Shown: positions 1 through 11,584 of the stretch, one piece after another | Numbering within the stretch: the first letter of the stretch is position 1 | How the letters are laid out: every line of letters begins with the position of its first letter | Assembly (NCBI GenBank): GCA_965644295.1 | Contig: CBFFRP010000186.1 | Location: 118,564-182,563, forward strand | Direction of reading: 5' to 3' | DNA: 64,000 bases | Source of the DNA: Paraphysomonas bandaiensis | Lineage: Eukaryota > Protista > Chrysophyceae | Made by a program: the position numbers and the translations under genes | Notes under the pieces: model-generated | Told to the model about the DNA's origin: nothing | What the model saw: the letters and a program-made list of their open reading frames with translations, nothing else | Database searches by the model: none

Positions 1-7
1 TTATTCA

Positions 8-329
8 TCATACAGATCGTGGTCGTACTTTAGTGACAGTAGCAGTCTCTTTCTCCACTGCAGCTGCTCTGGCCAAGTCCTCTTTAATGCTCTTATAGTA
101 ATACAGCTTCTCATGATATGTTAATATCTTTGTATTCTTCGTTGGAGATACCGGATCTGCCGTACAGGTGATATATAGTGGTATAATACAAGAGATATGT
201 ACCTATCGACTGCCTGTGCTTCGATACAGACGGGGTGATAGATAGACTGTCATCAGAGGGGATGATTGTACGCTCTTCATATGATTCTTGCCATAATTGA
301 GGACGAGGAAGATGATGAGAAGATTTCAT
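8..329 (-). CDS. 3' end of a hypothetical spliced gene
   Basis: ORF MKSSHHLPR...RQSI joins in frame across a 46-nt GT-AG intron (157-202) to DPVSPTKNTKILTYHEKLYYYKSIKEDLARAAAVEKETATVTKVRPRSV*. No family recognised. Confidence 0.4.
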
Positions 330-586
330 TGCATTGATTGGAGAGATAATGACGTTAATGATTGTGAGATGTGATATAGTGAGAGGTTAGAGATGGAGTT
401 ACAGAGAGATGGAGTTGAGAAGTACGTGATGGGGTGGGCAGGTACGATGGTTACTATGATATGTGATGTATAGTGTACCTTGCGATGTGACCTTGTTGTA
501 TAGTAGTACAGAAGAGAGAAGTACAACATCCATACACACACCCCTACAACACCCATCACATGAAACGACTGTACTCGTATACTACC

Positions 587-1163
587 GTATGTATGTATGT
601 ATGTATGTATGTATGTATGTATGTATGTATGTATGTATGTATGTATGTATGTATGTATGTATGTATGTATGTATGTGTATGTATGTATGTATGTATGTAT
701 GTATGTATGTATGTATGTATGTATGTCTGTATGTATGTATGTCTGTATGTATGTATGTATGTATGTATGTATGTATGTACAGTATGTATGTATGTATGTA
801 TGTATGTATGTATGTATGTATGTATGTATGTATGTATGTATGTATGTATGTATGTATGTATGTATGTATGTATGTATGTATGTATGTATGTATGTATGTA
901 TGTATGTATGTATGTATGTATGTATGTATGTATGTATGTATGTATGTATGTATGTATGTATGTATGTATGTATGTATGTATGTAGGTATGTATGTAGGTA
1001 TGTAGGTATGTATGTATGTATGTATGTATGTATGTATGTATGTACAGTATGTATGTATGTATGTATGTATGTATGTATGTATGTATGTATGTATGTATGT
1101 ATGTATGTATGTATGTATGTATGTATGTATGTCTGTATGTATGTATGTATGTATGTATGTATG

Positions 1164-1197
<34 letters not shown>

Positions 1198-1926
1198 TGT
1201 ATGTATGTATGTATGTATGTATGTATGTGTATGTATGTATGTATGTATGTATGTATGTATGTATGTATGTATGTATGTATGTCTGTATGTATGTATGTCT
1301 GTATGTATGTATGTATGTATGTATGTATGTATGTACAGTATGTATGTATGTATGTATGTATGTATGTATGTATGTATGTATGTATGTATGTATGTATGTA
1401 TGTATGTATGTATGTATGTATGTATGTATGTATGTATGTATGTATGTATGTATGTATGTATGTATGTATGTATGTATGTATGTATGTATGTATGTATGTA
1501 TGTATGTATGTATGTATGTATGTATGTATGTATGTATGTAGGTATGTATGTAGGTATGTAGGTATGTATGTATGTATGTATGTATGTATGTATGTATGTA
1601 CAGTATGTATGTATGTATGTATGTATGTATGTATGTATGTATGTATGTATGTATGTATGTATGTATGTATGTATGTATGTATGTCTGTATGTATGTATGT
1701 ATGTATGTATGTATGTATGTATGTATGTATGTATGTATGTATGTATGTATGTATGTATGTATGTATGTATGTATGTATGTATGTATGTATGTATGTATGT
1801 ATGTATGTATGTATGTATGTATGTATGTATGTATGTATGTTTGTATGTATGTATGTATGTATGTATGTATGTATGTATGTATGTATGTAGGTAGGTAGGT
1901 AGGTAGGTAGGTAGGTAGGTAGGTAT
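587..1926. repeat. (TATG)n microsatellite ending in (TAGG)n, with an internal ~556-bp higher-order duplication
   Basis: Directly visible tetranucleotide array; variant units recur at a 552-556 bp offset. Confidence 0.98.
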
Positions 1927-1928
1927 GT

Positions 1929-2205
1929 TGCCCCATTCTGAGAGCATACCCTTGTGAAGTATAACGTATAGATTATTAATAAAAATCTCAGCGTATTCTT
2001 TGTGTGTCGGCATCAAGAAAACTCTATAGCCTATATGAGATTACGAGAAACCCCGCGCATTCTAGGGGAGGGAGGGGGGGCGGCCAATGTCACACTGGAC
2101 CTAAACTGAGTCATGCATGGTCACGAGAATCCCCGCGTAATCTTTGTTAGGTAATGATGGGAAGGTAGAAGGTACACATGGTCCTACTAGAATCTGCGCG
2201 AATTA
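1929..2205 (+). repeat. Dispersed repeat, copy 1 (near-identical to 5352-5645)
   Basis: TGCCCCATTCTGAGAGC...AGATTATTAATAAAAATCTCAGCG...GAATCTGCGCGAAT occurs in both copies; a diverged inverted relative lies at ~10790-10906. Confidence 0.85.
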
Positions 2206-2278
2206 CATATATAAAAGTCATGCATAGTTATGAGAAATCCCGTCTAGGACTATCCACCTATATACAGAGTATATATAA

Positions 2279-2470
2279 CACACAAGAAGGACGGAAGGGA
2301 AGCCGGACGCTTGTGTCGCTTAGGCATTCTTCCTGGGCCAGAAGGGCCCTCCTATCGTAATAAAACATTCGTTTTATTACTCTTCCTTTCCACTCAGAGT
2401 TTATAAATATAATATAATAATTATCTTATATATAATAATATTAATAATACTATACTTTAAATAATAATAT
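2279..2470 (+). mobile_element. Isolated terminal fragment homologous to the left end of the virus-like element at 55551
   Basis: CACACA start, then GCTTAGGCATTCTTCCTG.GCCAGAA.GGC.CTC.TATCGTAATAAAAC..TCGTTTTATTACTCT and TATTAATAATACTATACTTTAAATAA, all shared with 55551-55760. Confidence 0.75.
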
Positions 2471-2755
2471 TTTTAAGTTATCCACTTTATACACCCAAAA
2501 AGTAACACAGACAACAACATGGATAATATTTTAAAAGATAATACATGTAGTGGACAAAGAATATGACTGGCTGTGAATGAATAAGTACCCAAAATGTTTC
2601 GACATTATTAATAGACAATTAAGGAGCGACGGCTACTTATTCTATATGAAAAAGGCTGCTGCTCCACACTTGTGTGTCAATATATTCGTTGATTTGCAGT
2701 AACGACTACTGAAGATTCAATATTGAAATCTCAAAAATATCCGCTACAACAAAAG

Positions 2756-4261
2756 CTACGTAGTACGCCCTAGCATCAAATAAGTAACATTCTTAGGAGA
2801 AAAAAGCTTAGTATCACCGCGATTAGCACCATCCAAACTGTCCATACCATCTTTACCATCAACACCATCCTTGCCATCCCTACCGTCAACACCATCCTTA
2901 CCATCAACACCATCTTTACCATTCACACCATCCCTACCGTCAACACCATCCCTACCATCCACACCATCTTTACCGTCCATGCCATCTTTACCATCAACTC
3001 CATCCTTACCATCAACACCATCGATACCATCCACACCATCGATACCATCCACGCCATCGATACCATCAACACCATCCCTACCGTCAACACCATCCCTACC
3101 GTCAACACCATCCTTACCATCAACACCATCAACACCATCAACACCATCGATACCATCAACACCATCCCTACCATACACACCATCCTTACCATCAACACCA
3201 TCGATGCCATCCACACCATCCTTACCATCAACACCATCGATACCATCCACGCCATCGATACCATCAACACCATCCCTACCGTCAACACCATCCTTACCAT
3301 CAACACCATCCTTACCATCCACACCATCGATACCATCCACGCCATCGATACCATCAACACCATCCCTACCGTCAACACCATCCCTACCGTCAACACCATC
3401 CTTACCATCAACACCATCGATACCATCAACACCATCCCTACCATCCACACCATCCTTACCATCAACACCATCGATGCCATCCACACCATCCTTACCATCA
3501 ACACCATCGATACCATCCTTACCATCCACGCCATCGATACCATCAACACCATCCCTACCGTCAACACCATCCTTACCATCAACACCATCGATACCATCCC
3601 TACCATCAACACCATCCCTACCATCCACACCATCCCTACCATCAACACCATCCCTACCGTCAACACCATCCTTACCATCAACACCATCCCTACCATCCAC
3701 ACCATCGATACCGTCAACACCATCCTTACCATCAACACCATCCCTACCATCCACACCATCGATACCATCCCTACCGTCAACACCATCCTTACCATCTACA
3801 CCATCCCTACCGTCAACACCATGCTTACCATCCACACCATCCCTACCGTCGATACCATCAACACCATCCCTACCATCCTTACCATCTACACCATCCCTAC
3901 CGTCGATACCATCCTTGCCATCTCCACCGTCTTGTCCTGGAGGCCCTTGAGGACCTGTCGACCCCCCCCCCAAGAATGACCTGGCGACATTAGACAGTAA
4001 CGCCCCTGACAGGACCCCATTAAGGTACCCCCCAAAGTTAACCGCTACATTGAGATTGTCGATTTGAACAAAAGCATATTGAGTGATTTGATTAACAGTT
4101 TCTTGTACTGCTTCAGGGGCAGCCATACCAACACCAGCTGCAGCAGCTGCACCTGCACCAGCTGCTATCCCTCCTATATTAGCATTCTGAAGAAGAGATT
4201 GAAAAGCATTAGAAGCTGCATTTACTCTAACAGCTTGCACTACCACTTCTGCCATTGCCAT
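2756..4261 (-). CDS. Intronless collagen-like protein (Gly-X-Asp triplets), 501 aa
   Basis: About 100-aa Ala/Gly-rich N-terminus, then GPQGPPGQD and >120 uninterrupted G-[V/K/R/I]-D triplets, then a short C-tail. Confidence 0.8.
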   Translation of the reverse strand: MAMAEVVVQAVRVNAASNAFQSLLQNANIGGIAAGAGAAAAAGVGMAAPEAVQETVNQITQYAFVQIDNLNVAVNFGGYLNGVLSGALLSNVARSFLGGGSTGPQGPPGQDGGDGKDGIDGRDGVDGKDGRDGVDGIDGRDGVDGKHGVDGRDGVDGKDGVDGRDGIDGVDGRDGVDGKDGVDGIDGVDGRDGVDGKDGVDGRDGVDGRDGVDGRDGVDGRDGIDGVDGKDGVDGRDGVDGIDGVDGKDGIDGVDGKDGVDGIDGVDGKDGVDGRDGVDGIDGVDGKDGVDGRDGVDGRDGVDGIDGVDGIDGVDGKDGVDGKDGVDGRDGVDGIDGVDGIDGVDGKDGVDGIDGVDGKDGVYGRDGVDGIDGVDGVDGVDGKDGVDGRDGVDGRDGVDGIDGVDGIDGVDGIDGVDGKDGVDGKDGMDGKDGVDGRDGVDGRDGVNGKDGVDGKDGVDGRDGKDGVDGKDGMDSLDGANRGDTKLFSPKNVTYLMLGRTT

Positions 4262-4394
4262 GATTAAGTATACGACTATTTAGAATTAATTAGCTGTTCT
4301 ATGAATGGAATAGTGACAATACCATGCATGGAATAGTGACAATGCTATACTGTATATCTGTACCTGCTATAGCCAGACTCGTATCCTAAATTAC

Positions 4395-4512
4395 TAGTGA
4401 TGGTGGCCGAGCCGAATGGGGCCGAACTTAGGCCGGCTTGACTCCAAAACCCGGCCGGCCTAAAATATCCGACGCCCGGCTACGGCCTATATCGTATCGG
4501 CCACCATCACTA
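4395..4512. mobile_element. hAT-type MITE (118 bp)
   Basis: Perfect 16-bp TIR TAGTGATGGTGGCCGA/TCGGCCACCATCACTA flanked by an exact 8-bp TSD TAAATTAC (4387-4394 and 4513-4520). Confidence 0.92.
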
Positions 4513-5351
4513 TAAATTACGTATGAAACCACTAGGAATTACAGTGAGACAAAAGTCATTTTTGGTGGCAAAAAAGTCTTCCTGTGCATGAAAAGCAGGA
4601 ATTATAGGAGGACAAAAGACAGAAATCTTCGGGACAAAAAGTTGTGATATCCTGCGTACGGTAGTACACTGTACAGGAGTACATAGGTACACGGTACATA
4701 GGTACACAGTACGTACAGGATATACAGTACCGTATAGAGTATAGTGTACAGTACGACGTAGCTTGGTAGGTGGTGGATACTCATGTGATGACCAAAGCCC
4801 CCTTTGAATTCCCATTCAGCTGCTCTATCAACTCCTCCAACTCCTCCACTTCCTCCACTACTGGTGGGTAGTCCATATCAACCTTCAAAAGGCCTAGATT
4901 AAGAACCTGCCCCTCCTCGGGATGTTCCGGTACAGCATCACTGGTACTCATATCTCTATACATAGTGATACATAAGGCACTTTAAGGTGCATATATGGGT
5001 ATAAAACAGTGATAAATTCAGTATTCAGTCGTCCGAAACCATGACTGAAAAGCATTTTATTTCAGTGATCGACACTGCTGAACACTGAATTTTATCCCTA
5101 TATTCAGTGTTCAGAATTCAGTTTTCCATTCGGCATGGTCTCTTTAGGTTATCGCAGCAGACAGACAGACAGATAGACGGTCAGTTGAGGTGCATTTTGG
5201 TCCCACAAACAGCGACAATAGATATAAAGGCAAGCTTTTTGGAGATAGTCCTGAGATATGTAGAGGTTTGGATGCATATGGCTTCTCATATCTGAAGCTC
5301 AGCATGAACTACAACATTGCACCATCTTCTCGATATCCAGTCGGTGATATC

Positions 5352-5645
5352 TGCCCCATTCTGAGAGCGTACCCTAGTGAAGTATAAGTGTTGACTAAGC
5401 TAAGTAACGTATAGATTATTAATAAAAATCTCAGCGTATTCTTTGTGTGTCGGCATCAAGAAAACTCTATAGCTTATATGAGATTACGAGAAACCCCGCG
5501 CATTCTAGGGGAGGGAGGGGGGGCGGCCAATGTCACACTAGACCTAAACTGAGTCATGCATGGTCACGAGAATCCCCGCGTAATCTTTGTTAGGTAATGA
5601 TGGAAGGTAGAAGGTACACATGGTCCTACTAGAATCTGCGCGAAT
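5352..5645 (+). repeat. Dispersed repeat, copy 2 of 1929-2205
   Basis: Near-identical sequence with a small insertion (GTGTTGACTAAGCTAAGTAA). Confidence 0.85.
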
Positions 5646-6475
5646 ATGTATGTATGCATGGACTGCATATGTGAAACTTTTATGGTTTTTGTCCTCATCT
5701 AAACCCCCCCCCTGTGAAAGGAAGTGCTTCACCATGCCTCGAATATGGACAAATATACCGTAGTAGAATATCATATTCAATGCATATGTGAAACATTTCC
5801 TTTCACGCAAAAACTGGCACTTTTATATAACAAAAATACCATTTTATATGGAAATAGCCACTTTATTAGTTGTAAAACACTGTTAGAATACTCTACTATT
5901 CTCCTTGAACATGACAGCCGTTAGTGGTATATCAATATTCGACCACAGTAACTGCAAACTTAGTAACACTTACTTCTATTCACACTTAGTAACACTATGT
6001 CATTATCTACTGACTACGTATGCGGCTCACGTTAGTTTCCCCCAGAACACCACTTTTTTTAAATTTTAAACGAGCAGCAGCATGTGGCACGAGACAGATT
6101 CAGGGAGGGAGGAAGAGTAACCTCAAAGGGGAAGAAGAAGTGACCGTAAACACCGACAGCCGGTTGTGTCTGTTGACTCCAATACTGATAATATATCTGA
6201 CTATAAGAAGAAACGAACAATAGCAAGAAAGAAAGCAGCATACAAGAAAAGGTTGGCCATATTGTAGCGTGGTATAGAACAGAGTACCCTTGTGGCCTTG
6301 TGGGTACTTATATGCATCTATGTATAAAGCACCACTCATATAAGAGATAAAAGAAGTGATTATTATATGAAAGTGAATTATGAATAATATACATCTATAC
6401 AATATCAACGGCTAAACTTAAACCCAACGATCACATTTCCCTACATTGTATTCCTTACTACAAGTATATACCGTA

Positions 6476-7505
6476 CTACAATAGTTTATTACGTTTAGTA
6501 ACAATATCTTGAAGAATATATTTATCTCCAACAACATTGACTACTCGCATTAGACCTTTAAGATATGGTAATAACTCACTAGTAGGTCCTGGGCGTAGAG
6601 AATTTTGTCTATGCTCAACTAAAACATAAGAATTTATACGAAATTCCTTAGTATGTTCTCTTGGTGCAGTTGACATATGAATTTCATCATGTTTACGCAA
6701 ATTTCTTCTTGCAATATCCATAATGACAGACTGAACATTTTGCATTTTATCTATCCAATTTGATAGACGTTGTTCCTTTTCGCCTAAGCTTTCATTATAA
6801 TCAATGAACAAGCTTCTATCTAAATCAACTGTGTTTCCAAAGAGTATACTAGCGGGAGTTACACCAGTGCTTCTATGTTTAGAAGAATTCATACTTCGTT
6901 GTACTATCGGTAGGTACATTGGCCATTGATCTAGTACTGATTTGTCGAAAATAATATTTCTTAAGTGTCGTAACACTTCTTGTTAGCACGCTCTACGATA
7001 GCATTCTCCTCTTTAGAATATGCCATCGAAAACGATTGATTACTTCCGACTAATGTTATTAATGATTTTATTAGATCATCGACAAAAGCTGGTCCAAGGT
7101 CAGAATGAATCTCATTAGGTGCCCCGTATCTGCCTAGATACTGAAGCAAACCCTTTGCCGCTGCCTGCCATGGCAGTAAGATCCTTAGTAGGGATTAATT
7201 CTATCCACCTAGAAAAGGAATCGATAATCACTAATATATTTGTGTATCCATCCTCATCAGATTGTAGACCTTGAATAAAATCCACCGCTATTCTCTGCAT
7301 CGAACCGTAAGTAGAGACAGTAAAGGGATGAGCATTTATTATTGGCTTAATCCTACTCATCTTCTGACAACATGGACAAGTTTTAATAAATTCTGATACA
7401 TGTGCCCCCTGTTTAGACCACGTATGACCATTGTCTCTTAACTTTTGTAATGTACGATCAATTCCATGATGACCCGTAACATTGTTATGAAATCGTTTAA
7501 TGATT
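6476..7505 (-). pseudogene. Degenerate Ty3/Gypsy integrase fragment
   Basis: HHCC zinc motif (FHNNVTGHHG...CPCCQK), IAVDFI, IIDSFSRW, IHSDLG, NAIVERANK and RSTGVTPA motifs split over three frames by frameshifts. Confidence 0.88.
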
Positions 7506-7781
7506 TCCTCCCATTGTTAGGAACAATGCTATTTCCAGTAGGGTTGTAAGGATTGTAAAAAATGGGGGATTTTATTCTACAGGATTTTCCATATGATAGT
7601 GGTGATTTCCGAACCACGGGGGAATTAGGTCTACAACCCAACTATAACGTATTTTCCCATACCACTATAGAAACTCCTGCTTTTGGGGAATAGAAGTGCG
7701 TATTATATTAGAGCACAAGATCCAGTCGGTCCGTTCTGCTGAAGTACAAGATACACTGTATATGTGATGGTCCGATATAGT

Positions 7782-7782
<1 letters not shown>

Positions 7783-7813
<31 letters not shown>

Positions 7814-8380
7814 TGTATGTATGTATGTATGTATGTATGTATGTATGTATGTATGTATGTATGTATGTATGTATGTATGTACATGTACGTATGTATGTAT
7901 GTATGTATGTATGTATGTATGTATGTATGTATGTATGTATGTATGTATGTATGTATGTATGTATGTATGTATGTATGTATGTATGTATGTATGTATGTAT
8001 GTATGTATGTATGTATGTATGTATGTATGTATGTATGTATGTATGTATGTATGTATGTATGTATGTATGTATGTATGTATGTATGTATGTATGTATGTAT
8101 GTATGTATGTATGTATGTATGTATGTATGTATGTATGTATGTATGTATGTATGTATGTATGTATGTATGTATGTATGTATGTATGTATGTATGTATGTAT
8201 GTATGTATGTATGTATGTATGTATGTATGTATGTATGTATGTATGTATGTATGTATGTATGTATGTATGTATGTGTGTATGTATGTATGTATGTATGTAT
8301 GTATGTATGTATGTATGTATGTATGTATGTATGTATGTATGTATGTATGTATGTATGTATGTATGTATGTGTATGTATAT
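7783..8380. repeat. (TATG)n microsatellite, probably in a RAD9 5'-UTR intron
   Basis: Tetranucleotide array followed by a pyrimidine tract and CAG just before the ATG at 8436. Confidence 0.95.
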
Positions 8381-8435
8381 GTTTGTGTTATATGTGGGTT
8401 GGTTAGGTTAGTGTTGGGTGTATATCTTCTCCAGT

Positions 8436-10433
8436 ATGTCGTCTAAGGGATTCGATGTGACTCTTTCGAAGGAGATGTTGTTGACTTTCTTCAACATCAC
8501 TCAGTTTGTTAATAAGATCGGGAAGGAAGTGATTCTAGAAGTAGACGAAGAGACGGTACACACACACATACATACATACATAGACATGATATGATAGAGA
8601 CGGTATATGCATATACATACACGTGCATGTGGTGTGTTGATTTGTAAATAGCATCGTTTGTATATACAGTCTGTAGATGTGTGTACGGATAGATGGTGAT
8701 CTAGCTGTACAGGGCTGTGGGTGTAGACCTACAGTGTATACATACATACATGCATACATACATACATGCATACGAGGTGGTTACTTATGGTATAGCGATC
8801 TATCTACCTCTGAATGACTGTGTCCTTGTCTGCGTATATACAGTCTAGCTATAGCTAGAAGTGTTTGGAATTGATGTAGCGTATGTTTTTTGGCAAATGT
8901 AAGGAGTGAATGCAGGTCACTTTACGAGCATTAAACGATGCCAAAAGCGCCTTTGCGAGTGTGGAGTTCACCTCACGTATGAAAAATCCTCTTCTTGAGA
9001 CGGTGCCTCACTGTTATCTGCCGCATGGCGCTATGTGTTGTCAATGTAGAGTGCTTTGATTCATTTTCGTTGAGCTCGTCGGATGGGGAAGCATTTGCTT
9101 GCAAAGTTCCCATAAGGGTATGTTGAAAAGTTTGTATCATTAGTAAATCACGTTGTGTGTAGCCCCTCTGTGTGATTCTCAAAAGTGCGAAGCGGATGCA
9201 GAGTTTGCGGATACATACAAATGTTCAATCTGACGGGGAACATGAGATTATATTCTCCATGAGATGCAGTCACGGTAGGGGGCAGTCATGGTGCTTTGAC
9301 GCTACTAAGCTCTCATGAATGTATATAGGCATTCTTCGTACACATCGGTTTAACTATCAGGACAGTGAAATAGTAAATGCAATGTTCAATGAAGCTGAGT
9401 GCTCCACCTTGCGGTGCCTTCCAAAGGTACGCGTACTTTACATAATCCATGCGATATAGACTATTACTATATGCACAATTCGTTATGTCTGTATAACTAC
9501 CTAGTATGAAGCTGTATACATTCATCGCGTTGTTTGTTATTTTTTCGTAGGTTCTTAGCAATGTGTTCAACCACATTCATAATTGGGCTGGTGAGATTGA
9601 GATCGCAATCGGTCCACGCACCCTCAAAGTGAAGACTTTTCACCAAGATGCTTATAATCAAGCGGCATCCTTGGACAGCAACTCAAAAGCCTTTCTAAGC
9701 AGTGAGATGTTGTTGGACCCTGTACACGAGTTTGAGGTATACGAGTATAAGGAAACGGACGAACAGCAAATTATTATATGCTTCAAAGAGGTGCGTAGAA
9801 GTTTCTACGTTGTGTAGTATGGACACCTCCCATGCCGAAGTAAAATTTTTGAGTGGCTTAATCTAATATTCCGTGCGCAGCTTCGAGCGTTGCTCTGGTT
9901 GTGTGAAGTGTGTGAAATTGAGGTGCTCTCTTTCTTATTAACGCAGGGGGGAAGGTGATGTGAACAGCGCAGTGTTAGTGTAGCTGTATATATGTAGGAG
10001 ACATGCCAATATATCTTGCTTTATATATGCCTACGTACCTACTTTTATGTGTGTATGCAGACCGATTAAATTCAGCTGCGTAATTCCTTTCACTGGAGTT
10101 GATGTAACCCTTGTCATGGCTTCATTTGAGACTCCATCTTCCCAAACAGATACCAGCAGTGACGGTGCTTCTCAACTTCAACCATCTCAAGAAGTGCTCC
10201 TTGATCGCAACTCCCAACCAAATGGTGGAATATTTTCGTCTAATCGATCACAGGCAAGATGTAGCGAAGGCACAGATCAAGACTTAACACAAGATGCATC
10301 TGAATTACGGCCAACGAAAAGACGTCATATAGAGGTGGATGAAGACCGTCATGTAGATTCCTCTAGCGGAGCCCATAGCAGTAGACTGAGGAGAATTATA
10401 TGTGACGACAGTGATGATGATTTTGATGCATGA
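8436..10433 (+). CDS. RAD9: Rad9 checkpoint clamp subunit (9-1-1 complex), multi-exon
   Basis: Spliced exons read MSSKGFDVTLSKEMLLTFFNITQFVNKIGKEVILEVDEET / VTLRALNDAKSAFASVEF ... IIICFKE / LRALLWLCE ... RPIKFSCVIPFTGVDVTLVMAS, then an SQ/TQ-rich acidic tail with an NLS (RPTKRRH). These match Rad9 family motifs. Confidence 0.85.
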
Positions 10434-10906
10434 GCCCAGGTGCCATAACTACTGCATATTTCTAGGCTAGGCTCCACAGTATGATGTAGTTGCAATGTAC
10501 ATAGACTTCCATCTTTTTGATTTTGCTTTGGTGTGGATTTGACAATTGCTCTGTTTCAAATAGACTGTATCTAGTACATTCATGAATCTGTTTAGGAAAA
10601 CTGTACAAGATACGTTTATATGTAAATACTGGATAGTTCATGGCGATTAGGTGCTGTTATCTTTCAATAACACATTTTTTAACCAAATGTCACTAACAGA
10701 GAGTGTATTCCCAAAATTATGCGAAATAAATTTTGTAGATTCTCTTAAAATCATGTTCTCTCTCTAACCCCTTGTTGTAGATGAACAGTACGCGGGAATT
10801 TGTAGTATCTCCCATGTATGTATTGTGAGGCCTTGACTTACCGCTCCACTAGGATGCGCGGTATTCTCAGTAATGTTGAGTTTCGCTGTTTAAGCAATTA
10901 TTAATC

Positions 10907-11494
10907 TGTAACGACTACGGGTGATCGAGCCTCGCTATCATGACTAACATTGCTGGTCTTATCATCCCTGTCCATGTGCACAGGTGATGTGGGGTAGGAT
11001 AGTCTTCTCACAACACTCTTCACTTAACTTCCTCTTCTTACTCTTTACTTCGCTACTTCTTAACTTTCAACTCAACTACGATATCAACTTTCACTATTAT
11101 ATCTAAAACTCCATATCCTTCTACCTATATCCCCATAGTTAATTCTAGAAGTGGTTTCCCAGCCATAAATAGCTAGTTTTCTACTTCCAGAAATAATCAT
11201 ATAGAAATCCCTTAACATCCTGCTATCTACTCCTATATCATCCTACAGAATACCTACGTATACCATCATAATACTGTACGGGTTACCATGAACGTCCGTT
11301 ACATCCGTATGTACGGGTAGTTCCGGTACACTCCAACCCTATATCTGGCCTTAATACTCGTATCTTCTAATCTAATCATAACTACCATCTACATCTCATC
11401 TCATCTCATACTACAACCTACATCACTTCATCTTATTCTTCAGCCATAACAACCTCCTAAATCACCCATACTTGTCATACCCAATTTTGCTACA
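10907..11494 (-). repeat. 3' LTR (588 bp)
   Basis: Differs from the 5' LTR by about one substitution and two small indels; PPT is adjacent. Confidence 0.93.
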
Positions 11495-11584
11495 CTTCCC
11501 CCTAATCCAAGACCTGAATAGGTCCAACAACATAACGATCTGGCTTCATATTGACCACTTGAACTCTTACAGATTCATCCTGCA

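Noticed and set aside
326-2016. Long YIHT/MYVC ORFs (also 7764-8446 and 43544-44014)
   Set aside because: Translations of the stop-free (TATG)n microsatellite, not genes.
1926-2506. Solo LTR (TG...CA)
   Set aside because: Composite of two different repeats; no TSD, PBS or PPT found.
2871-3950. PSTPSL and MVLMV repeat ORFs
   Set aside because: Alternative frames of the collagen repeat; only the G-X-D frame has substantial unique flanking domains.
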